The notes under the pieces are model-generated. The model saw only the letters and a program-made list of their open reading frames with translations, made no database searches and had not been told where the DNA came from. A stretch of DNA of 63,997 nucleotides, the filler included, from Stramenopiles sp. TOSAG23-2 (Eukaryota), in the NCBI GenBank assembly GCA_900128395.1. It is 18 parts of 18 records of this genome, joined end to end, with 100 filler letters (N's around TTAATTAATTAA, not from the genome) between each part and the next. Parts side by side here need not be neighbours in the genome. Positions count along the whole stretch, not along the records: positions 21,472 to 24,937 come from LT651197.1; positions 25,038 to 28,502 come from LT651198.1; positions 28,603 to 32,067 come from LT651199.1; 15 more parts are not named here. One strand, 5' to 3'. This document shows positions 22,126 to 32,167 of this stretch, one piece after another. The position numbers and the translations under genes are program-made. Position 1 is the first letter of the stretch; every line of letters begins with the position of its first letter.

Positions 22126-23106
22126 ATTTTAATTACAGTTTCATCTATTGCTTTTTCTTCTTTTAGTGCTTTTGTTGCAATGGCGGCTTTTATCTCTTTA
22201 TGTTGTAATCTATTTTGTCGTTGTTGTTTCTTTTGGTCTTCAGCAACTAGTAAGGTCTCTTCTAATTTTGTAGAGTTCCTCTTACTTGATTTATCATTTT
22301 CGTTTTCGTCTTTACTTTCTATTTGTATTGACTCATTTTCATCCTTACTATCTTGCCTCGGTAATTGTCAATCTAAACAATTGTAAAATGTTTAAAATTT
22401 AGTTAGAAAAAATTCGCTGTTTATATCTTGCTTTAGTGACAAGAATATATATAATTATTTAAGTAAAGGTTTACATACTATTGTTGTTATCTTTCTTGTC
22501 TTCTTCTATTGCGGCTTGTTCTACAATTTTATTTTTCGATGTCTTTTTTTTACCCTCTTGATCACCAATATTATCAACGAATCCTTTTATATCTCCTGGC
22601 ATCTTTTTAACAGACTTAACCGTTTCATTTATACCACTGCCTATTGCACTGCCTACTTCTTTTGTAACAGCAACGGTTTTCGTGGCAACCTTTTGCGATA
22701 CGTCAACAACCTTGTATGTTATATCTTTAGTCGTTGAAACTACACTATCTCCTGCTTGCGTTAACGATTTCTCTCTTATCTCTTTCATCTTAAAGCTAAC
22801 TTCAGCAAGCCGTATTTTTTCTTCTTTCAGTCTTTCCATATTGCCAGAAAGCCTTTTTGCAATTTCTGCGTATTCAGTGCTTGTTTTATCTTCTATTCCA
22901 GCTAATTCTTGAGTGTCACTTTTCATCACAACATCCAAATACTCAATTGTCTGCCGTACCATTTTTTCTTCCGCATCAAGTTTTTTTTGCTCTCGCTTTT
23001 CTGCTTCTGTTAAAGATTGAGAAGTAATGTATTCGGGAAGACTCCCAACGGAACTTCCCACATTAGTACATGCACGATTCCAACCTTTTAAGACTTGATT
23101 TCCCAT
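21472..23106 (-). CDS. Spliced coiled-coil protein gene: exon 1 23106-22479, intron 22478-22373, TGA at 22370-22368, then an in-frame repeat extension to the contig end
   Basis: ATG GGA AAT (MGN..) at 23106; donor GTATGT, branch CTAAC and acceptor TTTAG. The spliced reading is AAT AAT TGA CAA TTA CCG.., open through the AEK-rich repeats to 21472. Confidence 0.75.
22373..22478 (-). other. 106-nt GT-AG spliceosomal intron
   Basis: GTATGTAAAC...TTCTAACT...TTGTTTAG on the minus strand; AT-rich and flanked by coding sequence. Confidence 0.8.
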
Positions 23107-23469
23107 ATCAGTTCTATCTAACAAAGATAATCTTTGCTTTTTCCAATTGCACCTTTTATACAAAACAATGTTAATGATGCAATATTATTCATTATTTATT
23201 ATTTTACAGTAGCAGTATTATATTTTATTTATTATTATTATTATTATATATAGTTGTTTTATTATTATTATTATTATTTTTTGTAGTAATATATATAAAA
23301 GGCAACTACTATTGTCATAAGTAATAATTATTAGTACCAAGTAGTGTGATGATGAGCATACTGGCATACCAGCATACCAGCATATAATATTGCCACTAGC
23401 CAGCTACACTATTTTTCACTATTAATAATAGAAAGATCCTATCACGTTTCCACACCTACATATGGCCTA

Positions 23470-23770
23470 CCCTTGTAAATAGGACGGATGAAACTCTCCT
23501 AAAAACAGGCGTGGTCTAATTAGTACAGATTTAGTGANNNNNNNNNNNNNNNNNNNNNNNNNNNNNNNNNNNNNNNNNNNNNNNNNNNNNNNNNNNNNNN
23601 NNNNNNNNNNNNNNNNNNNNNNNNNNNNNNNNNNNNNNNNNNNNNNNNNNNNNNNNNNNNNNNNNNNNNNNNNNNNNNNNNNNNNNNNNNNNNNNNNNNN
23701 NNNNNNNNNNNNNNNNNTAATTAGACCACGCCTGTTTTTAGGAGAGTTTCATCCGTCTTATTTACAAGGA
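23470..23770. mobile_element. Tc1/mariner-superfamily-like element or MITE with 53-bp TIRs and TA target duplication, interior gapped
   Basis: TA-CCCTTGTAAATAGGACGGATGAAACTCTCC..CTAATTA (23470-23522) and its inverse at 23718-23770 followed by TA; 2 mismatches; 180 N inside. Confidence 0.75.
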
Positions 23771-24407
23771 TACAGGATACAGGATGCTCTAGTGCGACAG
23801 GACAGGACAGACGGACAGACAGATTTAGATCTCCTCGATACTACTAGTATAATAGTTTCAATAGTATACAGTATTATTTCAAATTCATACTACGGACTGT
23901 GTGGTGCGGCAAAAAGGCTAGTTTCATGAAATTTTGTTCAACCTCATAGCCCAGCTAGAGGCTAGAGCTAGCGGGCTAGCTAGCTAGAGCTAGCTCTAGC
24001 CAGCTGGGCCAGCTACATGTAGCCCGGCTAGCTCTAGCTCTAGCAAGCTTTACCATTGCAAATCTATTGTACGAAGATGAGGGGATCGAGTAGGTCTAGC
24101 TAGAGCTAGCTAGCTCTAGCCAGACAGACACCTGTGCACCTCCTGGATTAATAATAATAATAATTTCAATAATAATAATAATTAATAATAATAAATAATA
24201 ATAATAATAAATAATACCACACCACTACTGCCAGACTGGCACAATAATAACACATAATAAAAAATGATGATTCGAATAAAACGCAATGTTTCGTTAGTCA
24301 TCATATCTTCAAAATTGAAATTATAGCATATACGCCATATGATATAAAACCTAAGATTTGTTTTGAAAATAGTTGTTCAGAACTTTCTGTTATTGTCATC
24401 AGTTGCC

Positions 24408-24937
24408 ATGTCGAAAATAGTTTTTATAATATTAATTATAAGTTTATCATTTTTCCTATCAAACGGATTAAAAGCTAAATGGACGGCATATGGTAAGAAA
24501 CCTGCACCGTACAGTAAAAAATACAGGGATAAGCATGGCATAAAAACTCCAGGGGCAGACGAGGGGAAACCTGGGGTATCTGATCCGCCCTCTAACACGA
24601 AAATGTTATTATTTTTCGGTGGTTGCATTGGCATGTATCTTTTTTGGTCAAGATCTCAACAACCTTCCACAAGGCCTTCGTCGAATAATCATAATAATAA
24701 TAATAGTAACAGCCGTAGTAGTAATACGATTGTTACAGCAAGAAATTTAGCTATGCCTGGTGCAGTTAGCCCACCATCGCGTAGCAGTAGGATCATTGAT
24801 GATATATCTTCAAAATCTTTGACTGGGGTAAGGGAAGCTCGCCTTGCGAGGTTGAAACGGTTTTCAGAAGAAGGTGTAAATAAAAACAAAAAAGCAATGA
24901 AGGATGCACTGGAAGCTGATGTTGTACAAAATAATAA
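24408..24937 (+). CDS. Hypothetical signal-peptide plus single-TM protein, 3' truncated
   Basis: Leader MSKIVFIILIISLSFFLSNG, TM segment MLLFFGGCIGMYLFW, REARLARL motif. Confidence 0.7.
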
Positions 24938-25092
24938 NNNNNNNNNNNNNNNNNNNNNNNNNNNNNNNNNNNNNNNNNNNNTTAATTAATTAANNNNNNN
25001 NNNNNNNNNNNNNNNNNNNNNNNNNNNNNNNNNNNNNTGTATTAATCGATAACGATTTTCCAGTAGGGGTGACACTTTTCTTATCAAATTCA

Positions 25093-26205
25093 AATGGACC
25101 TACAGACTTGGCAATGATTGAGTTGAACAACTTCGTTCGTTGTAAATTTAATGACTGTTGTTATGCAAAGAAAGATAAAGACTTATGGCAGGAGGAGAAT
25201 GCATTATATCAAAAATTACATGCAGAAAGGAATAAAGTAAATGATTTATCACCATCACCATCGTCCGAAGACGGTAGTAGCAGTACCTCTTATAGCAATA
25301 GTTCAGCTTCAAACAGACGCGCCCTTCTATCAAGTAATAGCACTAATACGTCTTCAAATGCTAGTTTGCAGATATTTGAGATCGATTTTTCACCAGAAAT
25401 TTGTTTTAAAAATGCCCGTGAATACCCTGCTGTTCTTGGAGGATCACAATTTTGCGGTTTAGGCCATTTTTGCGAAGTAGTACTTTTTGTCAATATGTCT
25501 AATGTAACTAATGTAACAGCACCTAGTCCAAGTAGTATACAGCAAATTGCAGGGAGACGGATGTTGCTATCGTCCTCTAAACATTTTAACAAGCGTTATA
25601 GAAGGCATCTTTTAGCTGTGTCGTCAAATACAACAAATACAACAAATACAACAAATGAGACGGCAACGACGACGGCGACAACATCGACAACAACAACTGC
25701 TGCACCTAATAATAATAACGACCCTCAACTGTCACCATCGCCTTCAGCAGGAGCTCCAGCTCCGTCTCCGTCTTCAGTTGAACTTGAGCCTTTGTTTATT
25801 CGTGCGAAACCTGTATATCCTGGTGATCCTATCTGTGACGATATATTTAAAGATATCGTTACAGATGACATTTGTTCTGATTTTAATCGTTGGTATCAAG
25901 AATTTATGGACGAATTCGAAAAGAAGTTGATGTGGATTATTTATTTAGTTCTCGGAATTGCTTGTTTTGAAATGCTTGGTATAATAAATGCAATCGCTGC
26001 CAATTGTTGGTTTTGTGGCCCGCCTGTTAAAATTGATATTGATGAAGAATATACTGATTCAGAATCTTCAAGTGACGAGGAAGATGAATTTGGTGTAATG
26101 CATCATCATCACGGTCACCATCGTGGTGAGAAAAAACATGCTTCATCTCCTCCAAAAGTAAAAAGAAAGAAGAAACGTACATTCCATCGTGTTGGAATGA
26201 TATGA
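25093..26205 (+). CDS. C-terminal part of a membrane protein, possibly tetraspanin-like with a greatly enlarged extracellular loop
   Basis: CKFNDCCY, several further Cys, S/T/N-rich linkers, three RRxLL motifs, then TM LMWIIYLVLGIACFEMLGII with a polar Glu and juxtamembrane Cys. The first 55 bp of the contig are an inverted copy of its other end. Confidence 0.55.
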   Translation, partial: NGPTDLAMIELNNFVRCKFNDCCYAKKDKDLWQEENALYQKLHAERNKVNDLSPSPSSEDGSSSTSYSNSSASNRRALLSSNSTNTSSNASLQIFEIDFSPEICFKNAREYPAVLGGSQFCGLGHFCEVVLFVNMSNVTNVTAPSPSSIQQIAGRRMLLSSSKHFNKRYRRHLLAVSSNTTNTTNTTNETATTTATTSTTTTAAPNNNNDPQLSPSPSAGAPAPSPSSVELEPLFIRAKPVYPGDPICDDIFKDIVTDDICSDFNRWYQEFMDEFEKKLMWIIYLVLGIACFEMLGIINAIAANCWFCGPPVKIDIDEEYTDSESSSDEEDEFGVMHHHHGHHRGEKKHASSPPKVKRKKKRTFHRVGMI

Positions 26206-26684
26206 TTCTTCGTTTATGAAGAAATTATTATTAATTTGAGATGAAGGGAAGGCGAGGAAATTTTTTACTAAACTACCTGTATAGAATTACCTGTGTGTGC
26301 TGTCTGTGGTAAAAGCCGCCTCAAGTTGTAATATTAAAATTAAAAATGATAATGCCTAAGCAGATGGTTCTGACTATAATTATATACTTTTTTTTGGTAT
26401 TTATGAACCGGTGTATTTTATAGTCTAATAATAATTCTAATACAAACATATTACCTATATAATACGTGCTGTCCAGCTGATAGTACTATGTAGAGCTTCT
26501 CCATTTTATTTCGTAGTAAAAAAAAAATAATAAATAATAAGAATAGATTATTTGATTGATTTAAATTGAATTGTATTACTTGAAAAAATAATACACTTTC
26601 CAAGAAAGGTGCAAAGATACATAAAGAAATAAAAAACAAAATAAAGTTACTACGATATATTGACACGACAAGATAGCTATTAAG

Positions 26685-28502
26685 ATGGCTGATAACGATG
26701 GTAATGCATTTCTATTTTCCACAAAAAGGAAATTGGAAAACAATAATGTAAATAATGTACCAGAACACAGACAGAAGTTATATAAAAGAGATACATATCA
26801 TATTGACGACGGTGCAGAAGAAACAAAAGTTCCGTCGCCCAACCCAACGCCTTCCCCAAACGTTATTAAGGAAGCCCATACACCACATTTAGAGTCATTT
26901 GAAGATGACAATGAATCAGCAATGGATCTGCGTTACGAAAGGAAGAAAATAATGGACAACGAGTATGGATTGAATTTATTGACGAACAACAACGATACAG
27001 AAATCGCAGAGAAGTTAGATTTCACTTCTAATTATGTTTCTGGTACACAGCTATTGCTAAATGCTCGCATTGTGAAGTTTGACGAATGTAATTTGAGTAA
27101 AGATAAAGACAATCTGATAAATGATGGCGTTTTTAATCTATTATATGAATATATGTTTAGAAGCCAAAAGAGAAGTGGGCGTGCTGGAGGAAAGGTGTGT
27201 GCATCTTTTGATGGTTTTGTTAAATCAATGTCACCAGCTATTAGACGACATAATCCTATATTTGAATATCCACCATTATACGATATATTTGACGAAAATG
27301 GTGAACATGTTGTTGATTTCTCTGTATTTTACTTGAACTCATCTTTGGTATTTCGGTGTATTGCAAAATCTTCTATCAATAGAAGCATGAATTTTGGAAC
27401 GCAGCAAGCTATGTTGAAAGGCTTTTGTACAGTATACGTTGCACAACAATTATTTAAATATAGTAAATATTTCCAAATTAAAATTATAAATAAAACACCA
27501 CATCATTTAAAGTCATTTATAGATGACAGTAAATCTGAGATGGATCTACGTTACGAAAGGAGGAAAAGAATGGAAAATGAATATGGAGGAAATCTTCATA
27601 ATGCAACATCAATCAACAGTAACAATATTGATAAGGAAGTATCAAGAGAGAATGTTGCTTTGAAAGGGCATAAGTCATTCAACTTAAATAAAAATGATGA
27701 TGATGAGTTTGACTTCAGTTTTAAACCACATCACAGTATGCCATCACCGTCCATTTCTCATTTTCAACCTTTTAAATTATATGACGATAGCAAGGCTCTG
27801 GTAGAGGATGGCGTTTTTGATGATTTGTTTCAACGCGCAAGAGAGGATAAAAAAAGTAAACATCAATTGCGATTTGCGAAGGTTTTTCATGATTTTTTGA
27901 GGTTTTCAAATGTATTCCGACATCCAGCAAATTATGAATATTCAAAACACAAGAGCGAACTTGTATGTAATTTCTCCCTTGAATATAATCATGGTAATTC
28001 GAAAGTTTGTGAAATCGAGGCGCGGCTCAAAATTGGAGATAGGGGCTTACACGAAGAATCTTTTATTAGAAAAAAAAGAGCCATAATGGAAACATTTATA
28101 ATTAAATTCATTATGGGAAAGTTGCATGAATTCACAAAAAAATATGGCAATGGTGAAGGCAGTCGTCTAAGTAAAACCCCAACGATTAAATCAAATGGCC
28201 GTGCATGTATGAATGGAGATGAATGCTTCAAGGCCAACTGCAAATTTGAGCACCCAAGTGGATTAAACAGGGTTGGTTTAAAAGAAACCGATTGTAAACA
28301 TGGTTGGAATTGTAAGAAAAAAAACTGTCTCTATCGCCATCCACAAGAGAATAGCAGCTCATTTTACAATTTAAATAATAAACCAGATGACTTTTTATCA
28401 ACTACCATCATGCACCATCCACAAGATAAAAAACCATTGCCTTTTAGTGAATTTGATAAGAAAAGTGTCACCCCTACTGGAAAATCGTTATCGATTAATA
28501 CA
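26685..28502 (+). CDS. Protein with a duplicated unknown domain and two CCCH (Nab2-type) zinc fingers, 3' truncated
   Basis: CMNGDECFKANCKFEHP and CKHGWNCKKKNCLYRHP; repeated MDLRYER...NEYG and DGVF motifs. Confidence 0.75.
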
Positions 28503-30107
28503 NNNNNNNNNNNNNNNNNNNNNNNNNNNNNNNNNNNNNNNNNNNNTTAATTAATTAANNNNNNNNNNNNNNNNNNNNNNNNNNNNNNNNNNNNNNNNNN
28601 NNTTAATTCTGTCTTCTTCTGTATTTTGCAAGTGACAAATGTCTATCTACAAATTGATATTTGGTTGATTGGTTGGACAAAGAATCGATCTTAGAAGGAA
28701 TAAAAATGTATTATTGGTTTTGTGCTTTGCAATCTTTTTTAGTAATTCTAATTTACCCTTCCCTATATATACACTACGTTTAAGTACAAAACACAAAATG
28801 GGATAAAAGTTATTTTTAAAAAGTAAAAAAACCATCCTCACACGGATAAATTGGATCGTAGGCAATGCTATGTCCATTGTAACTATAAAACCAATAGCAT
28901 AGACACAGGGGGTGTTATTTTCAATTTGGCAAATGATTATGAACAAGAGGAAGAAGAATTGCACGATACTGTATAAAAAGGTGTACGAAGTAATATAAAA
29001 AAATATAATACTAGTATATACGTGATACGATAAAATATACAGAGAGCTTCCCACACACACACACAGGTATGTCTTTTCCTCTCTCGCTCTCTCTCTCTTG
29101 AATTTACACACACGTATTTGTAGCTTTAATATACATACAGCCATCCACTTTTTCACATAATGTACCATACCAACGTAATATATCCGTAGTGATACCATGT
29201 TTCATCAATCCATCGTACTAATACATTTGTATATATTCATTATTTTATAAATCTGTCCCTCTTTTTTCACTCAAAAAACCACGTATCTTCACTTCATTCT
29301 GTTTAAGCTATTTTCCGGATATTTATAAAACATTGTGATAATTATTTGCAATTATGGTAAATAAAAACAATCATAATATTATATTATAACGTGACATCAC
29401 TCACACTATATTTCTTTGATGTAACTGTTGGAATTTTAACGAACAGTTTTTTATTTTTTAAAAAAAGTCAGGCAATTAGCATATCAATAGCACTACATTT
29501 AGAACATCCATGTTAATCCCTTAGTGAGTGTTTATAATACTACGTGAGTGGGTTTTTAAATGTGGTCCTTTTGTATGCACATACTGTACTCTGCCTATAT
29601 AATATCTATCCTTAGAATACATTCTGGTGGAAGAGGAGGAGGAGGAGGAAAAGGAGGAGAGAGGGGGGAAGAAGACGACGACATCTAGTATCTCTCTTAG
29701 CATTATACAAAGAAGCTATATATCGTCAGCTTATGACAATATCACACACACCTACCCTCAAAAGAAGGAAGGATCGATATGAGGAAAGTGCATTGTTTTT
29801 ACAAGTGAAAGGTTTTAAATAAAAACGAGGCGAATAATTATATCCCAAATGTACATGTACATGTGGAGAGATGTGTATGGTTGTTGTCGTCTTTCACAAT
29901 ATTCCTTCTTCCCTAATATAATAATATATACATCATATATTCTCGTATATATATATATACACTTATACAAAGTTTATTAGTAGTGGAGTGTGAGGGAAAT
30001 ATATATATCCAGATTGTATATATAGTAAAAGAAGAAGCATATATATATATATATATACGGTTCTGCATATATAGGGAGTTTTTTTGTGAAGAGATATTTG
30101 GAAGAAA

Positions 30108-31432
30108 ATGATCTCCCATCATCGTATTATTTACGATAGAAGAAGAAAAGCAACGAAAACAACGTTATTATATATAATATTACTTACTTTTGTGGTGCGA
30201 GTGCAAGTGGTAGTGCAAGTGCAAGTAAAGGATCGAGTAAAAGTGGTGGTACTAGTAGTGGTGGAAAATCAAAATCTGGCAGTGGAAAATCAACAAAATC
30301 TGGTAGTGGAAAATCAACAAAATCTGGCAGTGCAAAGAAAAGTGCAAGTAATGCTAAAAAAAGTTCAGCTAATGCGGCTAAATCAGCTAAGAAAAGTTCT
30401 GCTCAAGCAAAAAAAAGTTCAGAGAAAGCAGCAAAATCAGCTAAAAAAAGTTCTGAAAGTGCAGCTAAATCTGCAAAGAAATCAAAAAAAAGTGCAGCTG
30501 CATCAGATAAATCAAAGAAAAGTGCAAAAGCTGCATCAGATAAATCAAAGAAAAGTGCAAAAGCTCAATCAGATAAATCAAAGAAAAGTGCAAAAGCTAA
30601 ATCAGATAAATCAAAGAAAAGTGCAAAAGCTAAATCAGATAAATCAAAGAAAAGTGCAAAAGCTCAATCAGATAAATCAAAGAAAAGTGCAAAAGCTAAA
30701 TCAGATAAATCAAAGAAAAGTGCAAAAGCTAAATCAGATAAATCAAAGAAAAGTGCAAAAGCGCAATCAGATAAATCAAAGAAAAGTGCAAAAGCTAAAT
30801 CAGACAAATCCAAAAAGGCATCGAAAGGCGGAGGTTTGGCTAATATAGGTGAAAAAGTAGAGGAAGACATTGTTGTTGGAGAAGCAAAAAATGAATTAAA
30901 TCAAGTTATCAATAGTGCCATTAATCCTAATGGAGGTAATCCGAATGGAGGTTCCTCTGGCTCTAGAAGAGACAAAGTTACAGGTAAATGCCCAAATGTT
31001 GCGTTGCCAAAAAACAAAGTGACGTTTAAACCATGTTGTCCACTATGCCCATCATCGATGTATGATAGACATGATGTAGAATCGTATGATGATGCAATTT
31101 CATTTTTAGAATTACAAATGAAACAAAAGCGCGATGTATTAATAAAGCACAAATTACATAGAAGTGTGATGGATGAAGCAATGGATAGTCCCTTATCATT
31201 TATAGAAATTATGATGCAAATGAAAGAAAACAAAGCAAATCCTGCCCCTAGTCCAATATCACGTAAATGTGGCTGTAGTTTATGCCCACATAATATATTT
31301 AGTGATGGTGCGACACCGTTTGGAGAACCTGATACCTTTGAAGATAGAGAAAGCAAAAGTTTTGATCCACATGCATTAAAAGGTGTGCGAAATAAGCAAA
31401 ATAAACGTAAATATGTACACGATAAAGTTTGA
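30108..31432 (+). CDS. Putative secreted Lys/Ser-rich repeat protein with a Cys-rich C-terminus; frameshift near 30190
   Basis: The frame of ORF 30836-31432 is open from 30140 and reads CGASASGSASASKGSSKSGG..(KSAKAKSDKSK)n. The only upstream ATG with a hydrophobic leader (30108) is in another frame and joins if one T is added to TTTT at 30188-30191. Confidence 0.65.
30487..30815 (+). repeat. 33-bp coding tandem repeat, about 10 copies
   Basis: Unit AAAAGTGCAAAAGCT(A/C)AATCAGATAAATCAAAG. Confidence 0.9.
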
Positions 31433-32067
31433 TTTTATATTTTATAGAGAGAGATAGAGAGAGATCTAGGACAAACGTATTTGAAGTATTCCTTCAAATC
31501 ATGAAAAAATTAAATATCAAATTGAATATATTTAATTTTTAAAGAAAAAAATTAAATACGAACGCTTTGTACTTTTTAAAATATAAAAGCAAAGTGTATG
31601 ATGCAACTGCTGATTCTAATGATGGATATTAATATTTTTTTTTATTTTAAAAAATACCGAGCGCGAGCAAATTTACCACCACATACCCTCCTGAATCATC
31701 AATGAACCCAAACTAATGTTTGTGGACAATCTTGAACAGTATTGCAACTTTACGAAATAAGCAAAATAAACGTAAATATGTACACGATAAAGTTTGATTT
31801 TATATTTATAGAGAGAGATAGAGAGAGATCTCAGGACAAACGTACATTTGAAGTAGTAATCAAATCATAAAAAAAATTAAATCAAAGAGGAATATTAACG
31901 AAAAACATTTTTTAAACATTTTTTTATATATATAAAATATTAAAAGCAAAAGTGTATAATTTTTTTTTTATTTTAAAATATGAGCGCGAGAGCAAATTTA
32001 CCACCACATTGCCATCAATGAACCCAAACTAATGTTTGTGGACAATCTTGAACAGTATTGCAACTTT
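31388..32067 (+). repeat. Diverged tandem duplication of the 3' gene end and intergenic region (probably two alleles)
   Basis: 31388-31751 versus 31753-32067: identical at both ends, indel-rich in the middle. Confidence 0.8.
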
Positions 32068-32167
32068 NNNNNNNNNNNNNNNNNNNNNNNNNNNNNNNNN
32101 NNNNNNNNNNNTTAATTAATTAANNNNNNNNNNNNNNNNNNNNNNNNNNNNNNNNNNNNNNNNNNNN

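Noticed and set aside
22368-22370. Genome-wide TGA reassignment or selenocysteine
   Set aside because: TGA terminates other genes here, TGG encodes the conserved Trp residues, and the context is not a redox motif.
25038-28502. Second contig with perfect 55-bp terminal inverted repeats (25038-25092 and 28448-28502)
   Set aside because: Same k=55 signature; the right copy is coding sequence of the CCCH gene, so the listed start of ORF 25069 is spurious.
28647-29198. 183-aa minus-strand ORF
   Set aside because: It runs through (GA)n and (GT)n microsatellites with non-coding composition; a small spliced gene cannot be excluded but is unsupported.
30108-30848. 246-aa Gln/Lys/Val repeat ORF in the track
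   Set aside because: Beyond the leader it is a shadow frame; the Lys/Ser frame is continuous with the downstream Cys-rich ORF.
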